NCBI GenBank assembly: GCA_950097015.1
Contig: CATNEN010000011.1
Coordinates: 1,364,001-1,428,000, forward strand
DNA from: Macrostomum hystrix
Lineage: Eukaryota > Animalia > Platyhelminthes
Length of the DNA stretch: 64,000 bases
Direction of reading: 5' to 3'
Shown here: positions 27,201 through 42,200 of the stretch, one piece after another
How positions within the stretch are numbered: the stretch's first letter is position 1
How the letters are laid out: every line of letters begins with the position of its first letter
Program-made: the position numbers and the translations under genes
Notes under the pieces: model-generated
The model's database searches: none
Told to the model about the DNA's origin: nothing
The model's input: only the letters and a program-made list of their open reading frames with translations

Positions 27201-30200
27201 AATCCCCACTCCGTCAATCCCTAATCCCCACTCCGTCAATCCCGGAGTGTCACTTTGCGCTTGATGTTCCGCCATGCGCTCTCCCTGGAAAGCGGATAAG
27301 CATAGTGATGAGAACTGCTCTCCCCTAATCCTAATTTGTCACTCTCTTAATCCCAACTCTACATATCCGCTAAACCACACTGTCAAACCGCTAATCCCCA
27401 CTCATAAATTCCATTAATCCCTTCGCCCTTACCCTTATCCCTACTCCGTCACTCCCTAATCCCTACTCTGTCACTCCCTAATCCCTACTCTGTCACTCCC
27501 TAATCCCCGCTCCGTCAATCCCCAATCACCACTCCATCACTCCCTAATCCCCACTCCATCACTCCCTAATCCCCACTCCGTCACTCCCTAATCCCCGCTC
27601 CGTCACTTCCTAATCCCCGCTCCGTCACTTCCTAATCCCCGCTCCGTCACTTCCTAATCCCCACTCCGTCACTCCCTAATTCCCACTCCGTCAATCCCTA
27701 ATCCCCACTCCGTCAATCCCTAATCCCCACTCCGTCAATCCCGAATCCCCACTCCGTCAATCCCTAATCCCCACTCCGTCAATCCCTAATCCCCACTCCG
27801 TCACTTCCTAATCCCCACTCCGTGACTCCAAAGCCACACTCTGCCCCTCCATTAATCTCCACTCTGGCCCATTAATAATCTACCCTCTCATACTCTCCTG
27901 CCTAATGACAGCTATTAATGATTTACTCTTACTAAGATGTTATGCTAGATAAATTACTTAAAGTAGCACGAATCTACAAGCTCACATAAAAGTACCAGCC
28001 TCTGTAACGTTCTCATCTTTGGCCGCTTCAAAGCTAAGCCAATCCTCTGGACGAAAGGTGGCGGTTGAATTGGACTCCCGGTGTTCCAAAGCCGCCACAA
28101 TGTAAGCGTTCAGCGCGCCTAGGAAGTAGCCATCTAGATTGAGAAGTCAGGAGAATGATAGTGGCGAAAATATTGGGGAAAAAACAAAATAATCTGCTAT
28201 CAGAAAGGGATTTTTAACTTTAACCCTGATAACGAATTCTCCCATTCATCCCAAAATGATCCCTAAGCATATTGATCATAAAAAATTATCCAAAAAACTG
28301 ATAATAAAAATTCTCAAAACAACCAAAACTCACCTTCCAATGCTTCAGCGAGAATGGCGTAGCGTCTAGTCGACCGAGCCTCCAAGAAGCCCGCAACGCC
28401 GCCGCTGCCGCCGCCGCTGCCGCCGCCGCCCTCAGCGAGCATAGCCAACGCGGCGTGCAGACTCTGCAACAACAGCAGTCGAACATCCAGAGCCTCTTCT
28501 TTGTTGCCAAGCCGTTCGTTGTCAATTTCCATTGGCTGATGGGTTTCTTCGCCGGCCCCAGCTGATTGGTCGACGACTAGACCGGCGCCGGCGGCAAATA
28601 GTTCGTGTACAGGTCGCCTACCCAGGCAGCCAATCGCAATCTTGCTAGAAGCTACCAGCTCCTCCAGGTGAGCCGAGCACCATTGGCCGCACTCGAAGCC
28701 GGTAAACGGATTAGTCTGAGATCGGATTAGCTTAACAACTAACAGCACCAGTTTATTTTTGGCTCCCACTCGCTGCTTGGCGCAATCTTCAACCAGATAT
28801 TTGGCGCAGGACACCCGATTCTGATAGCCGTATCGCAGCGCTTCGAATTGCAACACTAGCCAGGAGCGATCCGTCGAATCAAAGAATCTATTCAGATAGT
28901 TGATGAATTGGATTTCAGTGTCGAAATCGTTCAGATTATTGTCACGAAGTAGGCCCAGATCTTGGCTAAAATAGGCCGACAATTCGGACAGTTCCGTTTT
29001 TGACAGCAGACGATCGAATGTGGTGATCTGCGAGTGGGTTTGATTGCAATTGAAATCCCTTTAGATGAATTGATAACTGGGATCTTTTTCCGATAATTAT
29101 CGAGGGAAATCCTAGTGTACCTGTGATCCCGATCGATATTTATCGAGGGAAATCCTAGTGTACCTTACCTGTGATCCCGATCGATAGTTATTGAGGGAAA
29201 TCCTAATCTACCTGTGATCCCGATCGATAATTATCGAGGGAAATCCTTATCTACCTTTGATCCCGATCGATATCTATCGAGGGAAATCCAAATCTACCTG
29301 TGATCCCGATTGATATCGATCGAGGGAAATCCTAATCTACCTGTGATCCCGATCGATAATTATCGAGGGAAATCCTAATCTACCTGTGATCCCGATTGAT
29401 AATTATCGAGGGAAATCCTAATTTACCTGTGATCCCAATCGATAGTGACTACTTGCGAACTTATAACAGATATTTATTTAGAAAAAGCATAATTTAGCTG
29501 AGATCCCAAGAATCCTATAACCAACAGTATCTCAATCGATAAATGTCTATGGGGAAAGTAGTTTAGCCGCGATCAATATCATAATCACTGATAAAGAATC
29601 GATGAATTTGTTAATATGCTTCTCTCTCACCTGGACAAACTTCTTGTCACCGTAGGCGCGACACTTCAAGAATGTTTCAAGGCCGGAGTGTTGATCGTCA
29701 CGATGATACAGCCGGCTCAGGGCCTCCTTCTGAGACTCCAACGGTGTCTGGTCCAATCGCACCAGACTCTCTGGTGTACAAGCGGCCAGCAGAGCCAATT
29801 GAACAGCCCGCACTCGCTCCGCATTGGCCAGCTGGGAATATTCCAACAGTAGGGATGGGATAACATCTTCGTGATAGCCGACAAACACTGTGTTCAAAAG
29901 CCTGGCAGTGCTGATTGATGATTGCTGCAATCTGCTACCAGTAGAGGGTAGGAAGCTTCTAGCCCAATCCAACAGTTGTGAGCACAGATTTGAGTCGGAT
30001 TCGCTTAGCAACGACTCGCAGGACAGCCGATGCTTCTCCATTCGATTGATTAGTGGAATGGGGAATTTGTTCATGACAGTGTCCCGTTCGGCGATGACTA
30101 CAATGCGGAAATTCCTGTGCACTTTGCACTTCAGACGATGGGTGCCGAGGCCCAAGTCTACAAATCGATCTTCGCCGCAGCTCTCGTAGTATTGATTCAG

Positions 30201-33200
30201 CACGTCGTACAAAGACTCGTAGAGTGAGTCCATGTTCATTAAGACCACTGTCTCGCCGCGTTCCATGCTAATCTTAATGCGGTTGATGTCCTTGCAGATC
30301 TTCGTGTAGGCCTGGAGAGAAATCAGCGCGTTTGTTAAAATATTTGCCTCTAAGAAATATGCAAAATTGTTGATATATTCCCATCATAATCGAGACATAT
30401 GCTCGATTTCGCGGCGAGGCCACATTCATTTGGCGCGCAATTTACACCCTTGAGGGCCAACCTCCAAGGCACACAGTCAAGTGTACACTGCCTGACGACG
30501 AGAAAGTCAGGGCAGATGTACACACCTGTGTGAGCGTGTGCCTGCGTACGGTATCTGTGTGCGTGTGAGCTAAGGAGTCAGCGAAATGGGCAGAATTGCC
30601 TCCTCGCTGGCTGCGGGTCTAGTGCCACCAAATGATGTGCCACTGCCCGCAGCCCTCCTGCAATTATTATCATTATAGGAAAAGAATGAATATGGGAAAC
30701 TAGTTATTGTAAGAAAATAGAGTTAAAATATCCGGCTAAAGTATATTTAGCCACAAGGTCTACCTGATCTCGCGGAAAACTGCTGCCAAAGATAACACTG
30801 GACGGGCCTTGAATCTGGCTTAGCACCACCCGAAAGCCTGAATAATTCTCCGTGATGAACAGCAGGTAGCGTTGATCTAGTTCGCCGCGACTTGCAAGAG
30901 CTTCGGCCACAACGGACTGATTGGCCTGAGCCAGCAGAGTCCCGCCGTCGACGTCCGGCCGAACCAATCTGGCGTAGACTTCCACCGGGTTGATGTCGAA
31001 GCCGCTGAAGTTGCGCAGCAGAGCAGTGGCAAGCAGTTTGTCCGAGACCTCGCCTTCTCGATCGGACCAGGCTGCCAGGTGCTTCACCAGGCTGAAGAAA
31101 TCTCGCAGGCCGAAGAATTCGCGAACTTTCAGCGTTTTCTAATTTGCAAAAGTGCGCAAAGTTGATTTAAATAACTGCCGATATGTATCGAAAAACGTAT
31201 ATCAAGTGTCATAAGGTTAGTATTTGACCACGTTAAATCGAAGAGAAACTCCAGATTTATCAGTTTATCAAGAGATTAGATATCAGAATCAGGTATGGAG
31301 GCAAGTTTAAAGCAAAATCCAACAAGTCAATGTATATACGATATGTATAGAAAAATTCGTGTTAAGTGTCTAAACGTAAATACGATCTAATTTACCTAGC
31401 TAGAGAGATTCTCAAGTTAAATAAAGACAAATCCGTTATGTATCAGGATGTTTGAATTAAAGTGATTTGCTCGTATTGAGGACAGTTTATCAGTCAATCC
31501 TGAAAGTTAATTTCAAGCCGATATGTATCGAAGAATGCACTAAGGCTCTGGAGGAAAAAGACAGTTCTGCAAAATGTTCGAAAATTAATTCATCCGTTTC
31601 TATCGATTTATAGCGTTAAATTTTACAAATCTAGATCTTATAAAATTGCAGATATGCTTTTAGCGATTAAAAAAACGCAAATTTTATTGTAAGCAACCAA
31701 CCTGATAAATTGCCAGATGAAATTTGGCCAGCGGTTCCAACAAATGGCTGACGGGATTGTCTCGACTGCAGATACCCTTGGCTGTTTCAATCAGCTCTTC
31801 TTCTTTGGGCACGTCTCGTTGCACATAGAGACCCCGGTTCATCTTGGCGGGATCCAATGCCCAGTTGGAGATGCCAATAAAGCCAATCTTCTTGCGCAAC
31901 TTCTGATCGGGAGTGAGGTTGTCCCCGTCGATGAAGCCGTCCTCCAGCAGCGGATGCAGCGTCTTCAGCGGCATGCTGGGACTGTCCTCGGCTAGGCCGA
32001 TTTCGTCCAGAATGATGACGGAGACAAACCTGATGGAGGAGGGTAATATTAATCATAAATTGCAGTTACCTATGGTAACTATAGGCAACTATAATCATAG
32101 TTAGCGATAGTAGACCCGCAGACAGCGAGGAGGCCATTCTGCTCATTTTGCTGACTCTTGAGCACTCCTGAGCACACAAGTGTACATCTGCACTGACTTT
32201 CTCGTCATCAGGCAGTGTACACTTCACTGTGTGCGTTGGAGGTTGGCCCTCAAGGGCGTAGATTGCACGCAAAATGAATGTGGCCTCGCCACGAAATCGA
32301 GCTCAGGGACCTTGGTGCGAGAGGCAAACGCGTTAACCGGTCTGCCACTCACCCCCAATTCGCTTCCCATAGACTTATATAAACAATATTCCCATTTTCT
32401 TAAAAAGATTCACTTCTTATGCTTTTGAAGTTTCATCCCGGTGGGGCACCGGCGGGGGCGCAGGGTGGGACTTTTTATCTTTTCGTGTAGTACACGTGAC
32501 TTGTGGTTGCAGAAAATTATTATTTCACCTTTAACATGTCTAGTTGCTTTGAAATTTGGCAATAGTGTTTGCATTATTTTCGAAATTTTCTACTACATTT
32601 TCCAACTTTTTTTCACGTATGCGAAAATATTTGGAGTAAGATTAATTCGCCATGTGCTACTTACTATTAGTAGAAACGATAGGATACTGTTTCAGTCATA
32701 TCCTATAGCTCTATAGGGTGGGAGGGCGCCTGGTGGGGCGTGCAGAGGGGCGTATAGTAAATTCCCACCGGGATTGCTCTTTTCTTAGAATTTTTTCCCA
32801 AAATTCTTAGAAAACTTAGTTCCCCATATTCTTAGAAACCTTAGTTCCCCATATTCTTAGAAAACTCAGTTCCCCATATTCTTAGAAACCTTATTTACCC
32901 GTATTCTTAGAAACCATAGTTCCGCATAATCTTAGAAACCTTATTTCCCCATGTTCTTAGAAACACTATTTCCCCATATTCTTAGAAGCCTCGAGTCTAA
33001 TCACTCACTTGCTGAGGTCCTTCTCCTCCTGCAGTCTTGAGCACTGGGCGAAGGTCTTGATGATGCTGTCGGATGTGCTCCAAGGCGAGCACTGGAAGCT
33101 GAGCATGTGAGTTCCCGGTAGTGCTTGGAAAAGCTCGTGCTTAGAATCATTGCCAAGCATGTTGCTCTTAACAATGGTCTTGGCCAGAGATTTGGAACTA

Positions 33201-36200
33201 CCAGGCTTGCCAACAACGAATAGCGGAATTCGCAGCGTGATGCACACGATCATCATAAATAGGTTCTCGCGCAGGGCGTCATTCTTGGCTATGAAATCCG
33301 GCAGACTGGCTTGGTTTAAGAAGGCCTCCTGGCACCTTTAGAGACGAAATTCCAGTTAGATATCAGAAATGCACTTATTAATTATAAAACTGACTACAAA
33401 TTTGTAGAAATGTATAAACTTATATTAGGAATCAACTTTAAACGGTAAGAAAAATATTTAAGATGCCAATAAAATGCTGAATTCTTAGAATCCATTAAAA
33501 TGCTTGGAATCCATTCTGAATTCTTAGAATCTATTCTGAATTCTTAGAATCTATTCTGAATTCTTATAATCCATTCTGAATTCTTAGAATCCATTCTGAA
33601 TTCTTAGAATCCATTCTGAATTCTTAGAATCCATTCTGAATTCTTAGAATCCATTCTGAATTCTTATAATCCATTCTGAATTCTTAGAATCCATTCTGAA
33701 TTCTTAGAATCCATCCATAGTACAGGCAAGTCACGTACCTGTAGATTTCTCGATTTAAATCTATGTAAGTCAAAGGTCGGCCCGCTGTGTCGCACAATCG
33801 AGTAGCTAATTCATCCAGGTAGGTATGCTTTTTGTCATAGGACAGTCGGCTGTAGTAGCAAATGGCAGCCGTTAACAGAGCAGCCCTGGTATAATCTGTA
33901 ATTGCAGGATACTCCTGCTGGTCGTCTGGCAATGCGACAAACTTGACAATGGTAGCTTGAAACTCAGCCAGCCAGTTAACCACAGTGATGACTTTTTCAA
34001 CTTCGCGAAGAGACACGAATTTTGTCTCATCGTTGATTTGTCGCATGAAGGCCTGGGACAATGTTTGAAGAGGTAGAAACGGTTAGAAACTGGTCACTAC
34101 AGATTAGAACATGAGAAAATGCGATAAAACGCCTGAAGAATTATAGGGGGTAGATAATAGGGTCTGTATTCTGTAACACACCTGAATAATAGGGTCTGTA
34201 ACACACCTGAATAATAGTGTCTGTAACACCTGAATATTAGGGTCTGTAACACACCTAAATAATAGTGTCTGTAACACCTGAATAATAGGGTCTGTAACAC
34301 CTAAATAATAGTGTCTGTAACACCTGAATAATAGAGATTTAACACCAGAACAGTAGGGATTTAACACCAGAACAGTAGGGATTTAACACCAGAACAGTAG
34401 GGATTTAACACCAGAACAGTGGGGATTTAACACCAGAACAGTAGGGATTTAACACCAGAACAGTAGGGATTTAACACCAGAACAGTAGGGATTTAACACC
34501 AGAACAGAAGGGATTTAACACCAGAACAGTAGGGATTTAACACCAGAACAGTAGGGATTTAACGTCAGAACAGTAGGGATTTAACACCAGAACAGTAGGG
34601 ATTTAACACCAGAACAGTGGGGATTTAACACCAGAACAGTAGGGATTTAACACCAGAACAGTAGGGATTTAACACCAGAACAGTAGGGATTTAACGTCAG
34701 AACAGTAGGGATTTAACACCAGAACAGTGGGGATTTAACACCAGAACAGTAGGGATTTAACACCAGAACAGTAGGGATTTAACACCAGAACAGTAGGGAT
34801 TTAACGTCAGAACAGTAGGGATTTAACACCAGAACAGTGGGGATTTAACACCAGAACAGTAGGGATTTAACACTAGAACAGTGGAGATTTAACACCTCAA
34901 TAAAGGGGCTGCAACACACATCAATAGCAAGGGGTGTAACACCTGAAACAAAAAAGTTAATAAGGCATCATACCTGAGAGAAGCGAACAAGTTCGGCCAG
35001 GTGGGCACTGTGCGGCTGAATCAGGTCGTGCACCTTGGCTTCAATCATTCGATGAATATATTTAGATTCGGCATCCTCTGATAGGTTGCCGAAATCCCAC
35101 AGCACATTGATGAGGCTCAGTGGCAGTGGTTTGACGCGGTAGACTAGGTGACGCATTGGTATGGCGCCGAACCTGTCCTGGGTGGACTCCTTGTGAACCC
35201 AGTAGCCGAGACCGCTACTCTCTAGCCGGCGAATCATGGCCTCCGAGTGCTGCCTGTAGGGATTGCAGGCGGCGACGCAACGGAGGCCATGTGAGAAGTC
35301 AATTGTGCGGCCGTGCACCCGGCCGTCGCACATAATCTCCTTAATGAGGCCGACCGCGCTAGTTGTGTTCACCTGGGATCCATGGTTAGGAGGTCGTTGA
35401 TTTAGGGAACTCAGTGAGTTCGCGGCGCTTGTCATTTATTTGAGGACCTTATTAGGAGATAGAGCTGTCAATCTGAGGATCTTATTAGGAGATGGAGCTG
35501 TCAATCTGAGGATCTTATTAGGTGATGGAGCTGTCAATCTGAGGATCTTATTAGGTGATGGAGCTGTCAATCTGAGGATCTTATTAGGAGATGGAGCTGT
35601 CAATCTGAGGATCTTATTAGGAGATCGAGCTGTCAATCTGAGGATCTTATTAGAAGATGGAGCTGTCAATCTGAGGATCTTATTAGGAGATCGAGCTGTC
35701 AATCTGAGGATCTTATTAGGAGATGGAGCTGTCAATCTGAGGATCTTATTAGGAGATGGAGCTGTCAATCTGAGGATCTTATTAGGTGATGGAGCTGTCA
35801 ATCTGAGGATCTTATTAGGTGATGGAGCTGTCAATCTGAGGATCTTATTAGGAGATGGAGCTGTCAATCTGAGGATCTTATTAGGTGATGGAGCTGTCAA
35901 TCTGAGGATCTTATTAGGAGATGGAGCTGTCAATCTGAGGATCTTATTAGGAGATGGAGCTGTCAATCTGAGGATCTTATTAGGTGATGGAGCTGTCAAT
36001 CTGAGGATCTTATTAGGAGATGGAGCTGTCAATCTGAGGATCTTATTAGGAGATGGAGCTGTCAATCTGAGGATCTTATTAGGTGATGGAGCTGTCAATC
36101 TGAGGATCTTATTAGGAGATGGAGCTGTCAATCTGAGGACCTTATTAGGTGATGGAGCTGTCAATCTGAGGATCTTATTAGGAGATGGAGCTGTCAATCT

Positions 36201-39200
36201 GAGGATCTTATTAGGAGATGGAGCTGTCAATCTGAGGATCTTATTAGGAGATGGAGATGTCAATCTGAGGATCTTATTAGGTGATGGAGCTGTCAATCTG
36301 AGGATCTTATTAGGTGATGGAGCTGTCAATCTGAGGATCTTATTAGGTGATGGAGCTGTCAATCTGAGGACCTTATTAGGTGATGGAGCTGTCAATCTGA
36401 GGATCTTATTAGGTGATGGAGCTGTCAATCTGAGGATCTTATTAGGAGATGGAGCTGTCAATCTGAGGATCTTATTAGGAGATGGAGATGTCAATCTGAG
36501 GATCTTATTAGGAGATGGAGCTGTCAATCTGAGGATCTTATTAGGAGATGGAGCTGTCAATCTGAGGATCTTATTAGGAGATGGAGCTGTCAATCTGAGG
36601 ATTTTGAAAGATGGAGCTGTCAATCTGAGAATCTGGGTGATACCACATGCATAGGCTTAAGATTTCAGCTTCGTCAGCACAAACACGTACCTCATCAAAG
36701 AACAGCACGGTGTACAACTGCCCAGTACTTTTAGTTTTATTCATTAGTTGGGCATTTCTTATTGACAATCTCTCGGCCTTGCGCACCACATTGACAATGG
36801 ACTCTTCCGTAATACCGCCGTGGACTTTGAGCACAACCATGTTCTCAACTCTGTGAGTAGACGGTCGCATCAGTTTAGCCAGGTAGTCAACTAGGCGAGT
36901 CTTGCCGCAGCCAGTCTCGCCCATAATCACTACGGGAATCGAGCAGCGAAAGCGCATCACGATGGCTAGCATCTTTTTCACATTGTCCAGGGTTAGCTCG
37001 TAGCTAGGATCGGGATCTGGTACGTGACCTGCGGACTGTGAAAAGGTGGATGGGATTTTTTGCAACGTTTTGGAATGCTATTCACTATTATCAGGCTTGT
37101 CAGCTTACATTGGTTGGCAGTTTGAGCTCACATTTTTGATTGACTATTTGAGCTCAAATTATATAGACTATTTGAGCTCATATTGATAGACTATTTGACG
37201 TCACAGTGATGTAGACTATTTGAGCTCACATTGACATAGACTATTTGAGCTCATATTGATAGACTATTTGACGTCACAGTGATGTAGACTATTTGAGCTC
37301 ACATTGACATAGACTATTTGAGCTCATATTGATAGACTATTTGACGTCACAGTGATGTAGACTATTTGAGCTCACATTGATAGACTATTTGAGCTCACAT
37401 TGATAGACTATTTGAGCTCATATTGATAGACTATTTGAGCTCACATTGACATAGACTATTTGAGCTCACATTGATAGACTATTTGAGCTCACATTGATAG
37501 ACTATTTGAGCTTACATTGATAGACTATTTGAGCTCACATTGATAGACTTTTTAAGCTCACATTGATAGACTATTTGAGCTCACATTGATATAGATTATT
37601 TGAGCTCATATTAATAGACTTTTTGAACTCAGATCTGACCTCTCTGTGAGCAGTAATTAGTTCTAATCACTGGGCTAAAATGGAGGAGAAGCAGAACAGT
37701 CCTAACCTGATATCCCAGTATAGTTCTCAGTCTGGCAATCTTATCCAATCGTTTGATGGCGTCAAAGTTTTCATCCACCGGCACCCGTTGGGCGCGCAGA
37801 ATGCGAAACAGCTGGGGCGACATGACGCCCTGCTGGATGACTGCCCGAGTCTTGGCGTCCAGCAGGTTGCCGTTGCGATCGATCACGAAGCCGAAGAATG
37901 TGAAAGAGTCTCGATCGTGATTGAACAGTACGTAGGGATGCACCTCGTGCTCCCAGCGTCGCTTCAGATTGTATTGTTGTAGTAACTCCGCCGCCTGAGA
38001 TGATGATCTTGTAACAGCTCGACCGCCTGATTCGTCCGAGATGTTCAGTGATCTGAAATTCATGGTTTATTAGGAACGATTACTGTCTGCCCCGATCTGG
38101 CCAGCTTCTGAAAGCTGCGTACGGCTGTTCAGTCCATGGACTGGGGGGACGCCACACCCACCCTTAATTACCCCCAGCTGATACTGGTACACAGTTTACA
38201 ATGCTGGGGGGTCGATGGCAGAGCGGTTAACGCGTTTGCCTCTCGCACCAAGGTCCCTGAGCTCGATTCCGCGGCGAGGCCACATTAAATTGGGGCGCAG
38301 CCGTAGAGAGAAGGCTTGGGGGCTTGTCGCGCAATTTGCGCCCTTGAGGGCCAACCTCCAAGGCACAGTGAGAGTGTACACTGCCTGACGATCAGAAAGT
38401 CAGAGCAGATGTACACACCTGTTTGAGCATGTGCAGGGGCCTGCTTACAGTATCTGTGTGCGTGTGTGCTCAGGAGTCAGCGGAATGGGCAGAATTGCCT
38501 CCCTGCTGACTGCGGGCCAAGTGTCACCAAATTATGTGCCATTGCCTGCAGCACCAAGTGTTTCTAGCGGAGTCGGTAATCGAAACCCTGACCTTTAAGT
38601 CGTGAGTCCGATGCTACAAACCTTCATATTTTATAATTAAATTGTGCATTATCCTTGTTATTGCCCGAATGTTATAAAAAAAATCTACTTTTTGTCCGTC
38701 ACTATCACTCTAATTGTAATATTCTTAATTACTTCTTAGTTCTAGTCTTTGTTTGTCGTTATCACTTAATTATAGTATTTTTTCTATCATTATTACGTAA
38801 TTCTAGTTTATGTCTATCAATTATACGCCATTCTAGTCTTTGTTTAATATTTGTGTGTACCATTTATACTTTTCGCTGGTCATTTATCAAACTCATTTCA
38901 GTTTTTATTAATCCCAGTAGTAATTTTACAAAGACTCACCTAGTTGCAAAGTCTTTAGACATGAGCAGCATGCAGCGAACCACAAATTGTCGAAAGCCAG
39001 GCAGGTCGTCTTTCATAAAGTCGCTGCAGAACACAGAATTATCGCAATCTTCCATTTGTTTATTAAAGAATCTAGCGAAATTGATAAGCTCCTGCCAGGC
39101 TGGCGTGGTTAAGCCGCAGTGTTTCATCAGCACAGTTAAAATCTGCGCCGGTTTTATCATAACCTGCGGAGTCAGCATTGGCGGTGAAGCTAGATCCCGA

Positions 39201-42200
39201 TCGTAACTATCTAAAGCTAAGGCGGGTCGGCGCATCCAGTCCTGTCTGAAATTGTCCGGGTCGCACAATGGCTCCCAAACTGATTGGCTACTGTCAAGAT
39301 TTGCTGCATCATCTCGCAACAGTTTCTCTAATACTTCGGCTGGGCCCAAACAGCGAATACTGGGCAGCATTGCCAGCACGTGGAAGTCGTCTTTGGCGAA
39401 CAAATTGGGAGAATGCTCCACCAGGTAGAGATCCCTGTGATCCCGGCGCCAAACTCGACCAGACGAGTCCACTAGGCCGCCAAAGATAAATAACTGTGTG
39501 AGGCATGCGTCTAGACCAGTCTGTACCTCTCTGGCCAAGTCCAGGTGAAACACCCGATTAGCACCGCCGGGCAGATCGTCGCGACGATCTTCAATAAAGA
39601 AGTTAAACAATCGATCGGACGGCAGGTGACTATCGTGCCAGGCAAATATTCTTGGCTGTTGCTTGCGACCGGCTAGCTTGACCTCGGATAGGCGCTGACA
39701 AATCAGAGACTTGCCCATTCCGGAACGATCCGAGTGGACTAGCACAACCTGCCGGTAGATGGGACATTGTTGTTAAGAAGGTAGCGTTAACGTGCGTTTT
39801 CTCATATACTACTGACAGTGTAAATTAGTATTGTTATTTTTACGGAATCTCTTATATAGTTTTGGCGTAAAATGAACAGAATCAGAACACAGATAGACTT
39901 TGCATGGCCAATAATATAGATTCTGTAGATAGCTAACCATGGTTTCTGTACATATTCACAGTTTCTGTACATATTCACAGTTTCTGTACATATTCACAGT
40001 TTCTGTACATATTCACAGTTTCTGTACATATTCACAGTTTCTGTACATATTCACAGTTTCTGTACATATTTACATCGATTTAATACAGGTTCAAATAAAT
40101 TATGAACATATTTTCGTATATTCTGTACATACATATACATTCTGCATATATTCAAACATAACTTTCAAGGATTCAAATATGTTCTGAACACATTCACATA
40201 ATGAAAAATTAAAAATTATAAATAATTGATTACACATGCCCCAATTGGGCCAGATGTACAGCTGACAGCACAGTCGCAGCTATTGCGCGGTGCATCTAAA
40301 GGCTGCGTACAGCAGTTCAATCCATGGACTGGGGAGACGCCCCATCCACCCCCAATTACCCCCAGCTGATGCTGGTACCAATTGAACTGGGGCCATACAG
40401 AGTTAAGTGTCTTGATGAAATACATAAATTGTTTATGCGAAGTCGGGAATCGAGCCCCCGACCTTCAAGCGGCGAGTCCGACGCTCTAACCACTAGGCTA
40501 CAGCATTCACAATGATTCCAAACCCACCTGACTATTTGACGGGCTGTCGGCTCTCAATCGATTGGACACCCAGCGGCATAATTCGGCTCTATCCGGTTTG
40601 ATCTGCAGTTCACGCAAATACTCGGCCATCAAATTGCAGAGCGGGAATCGTTTCTGCTGCTCGTCGCACATCATGAAGATGGCGCGAGAGCGCAGCGGAC
40701 CGCTGCGGTGGTGCAGCCACTGGAGCAGTTCGTGTAGGCGATTCTCGGCTTGCCGGGACAGCTCGTATGTCAGCCGATCTGCGTGCATCATAACGTAGAG
40801 CGCCGACTCGTTGGGATCGCCAAGGCAGCGCTGTAGAAATACAAGCAGCTCCTCGGGACGGGTGTCTTCGCTGCACAGCAGAACCTCCTCGAGGCGCGGC
40901 AGACGGCCGTAGGCTGAGCTGTCAATCAAAGATGAGTGAGTTCGTTATTCGATACTTTTAGATACATGAAAGGAGCCTCACAAGTCTGATTAAATCGTTT
41001 TTTATTAACTTTGATACAGTCAAGAAGTAAAAAAAATCTTTTTTTCCTTGTCTAATTCGCTACTTTCAAGACATTGTTATATAAGTAATTAATGATGTTG
41101 TTGCATTTTTATGTAACGTATATATCGTTAAAATTCAAAAGTTCAAATTACCGAATAATGAATTAATTGATCGTTTTACATTTTGTTGATTAATTCGCTA
41201 CTATATATATTTGAATTCGTTACTTTTAAGTCCCTCATGTGCGTAACAAGTAAAAAAACTTGTAGCAATCGTTACTTTCCTTGTTTAACTCGCTAATTTC
41301 TAGATATTGTGTTTTATTTCTAATTAATTATTCCGTCACATTTGTGAATGCAACGTATATATTGCATATTAAATTATACAATTAAATGAAAAATTCGTTA
41401 AAAAACGAATTTATTGATCTAGTGTAAAATAATTTGATGAATTTGCTACTTTTTTTCTCATCAGAATTATGCAGTTAGTTTGTTAGTTGTAAGTTGCTAA
41501 TTTACGTTAAAACATGTTCTGTTAAGCTCAGATGGCAGCAAATTTTAAGACCAGTTAAACATACCGAAACAGATGGAGTGTCACTGGAAGCTGTTCCCTC
41601 TCCTCCAGGCACAGCGCCACAGGTTTATCAGCTGGCCAACCGCCGGCAATCAAACTATCGAATGTGGCAGCTGGTGGTCGCTGCTGCTGCTGCTGCTGCT
41701 GGTGGTGCAAGTCGCGCAGTTTACACAGCAGATTCGCCAAATCGTCAAGGCTGAGAAAGTCGCGATGCGATTCTCCAATCAGGTCGACAAAAGCTCGCCA
41801 GAGATTGCTGAATGCCGCGGCGGCTGACAAATTTTCACCCGAGGCGGCGGTGAGGGCTAGCAGGTGCTCGTCAGCGGTGCCCCAGCCGCAGCGCTGGTCG
41901 ACAGCGTCCGAGTCAACATTGACGTCGGCTAGATCGCTGCCGAGGCCTCGATTCTCCACAGCTTTGGCCAGAGAAACGGCCTTCTCTAGCAGTTTGCTTA
42001 GATCGTCCGGCTGTCTCTGATTTGATTTGGTTAGTGAGGAAATGCTCAAATATGCTCAAACATCTCCAACTAGTTTCCGTCACTCATTGGACTGTACATT
42101 TCACAAACACAAAAGTGCTCATCTTACACAGAATCTGGTAAATCTTACACAAGAGTCCACATCTCATATAAGGGTGTAAATTTCATACAGGGGTGTACAT

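Noticed and set aside
26940-27840. CCCTAA-containing array as telomeric repeat or telomere-targeted element
   Set aside because: The unit is 22 bp (CCCTAATCCCCACTCCGTCACT), not tandem CCCTAA.
35436-36654. 395/404-aa ORFs on both strands
   Set aside because: A 33-bp unit divisible by three keeps frames open; the array lies in an RNF213 intron with clean splice sites on both sides.
38655-39206. Assorted plus-strand ORFs overlapping RNF213 exons (also 56318-56929, 41664-42020)
   Set aside because: Antisense shadows of real coding exons.
40436-40504. Functional tRNA gene
   Set aside because: A/B boxes are present but the anticodon and acceptor stems pair poorly, and a diverged sibling lies 2 kb away, as expected for SINE heads.
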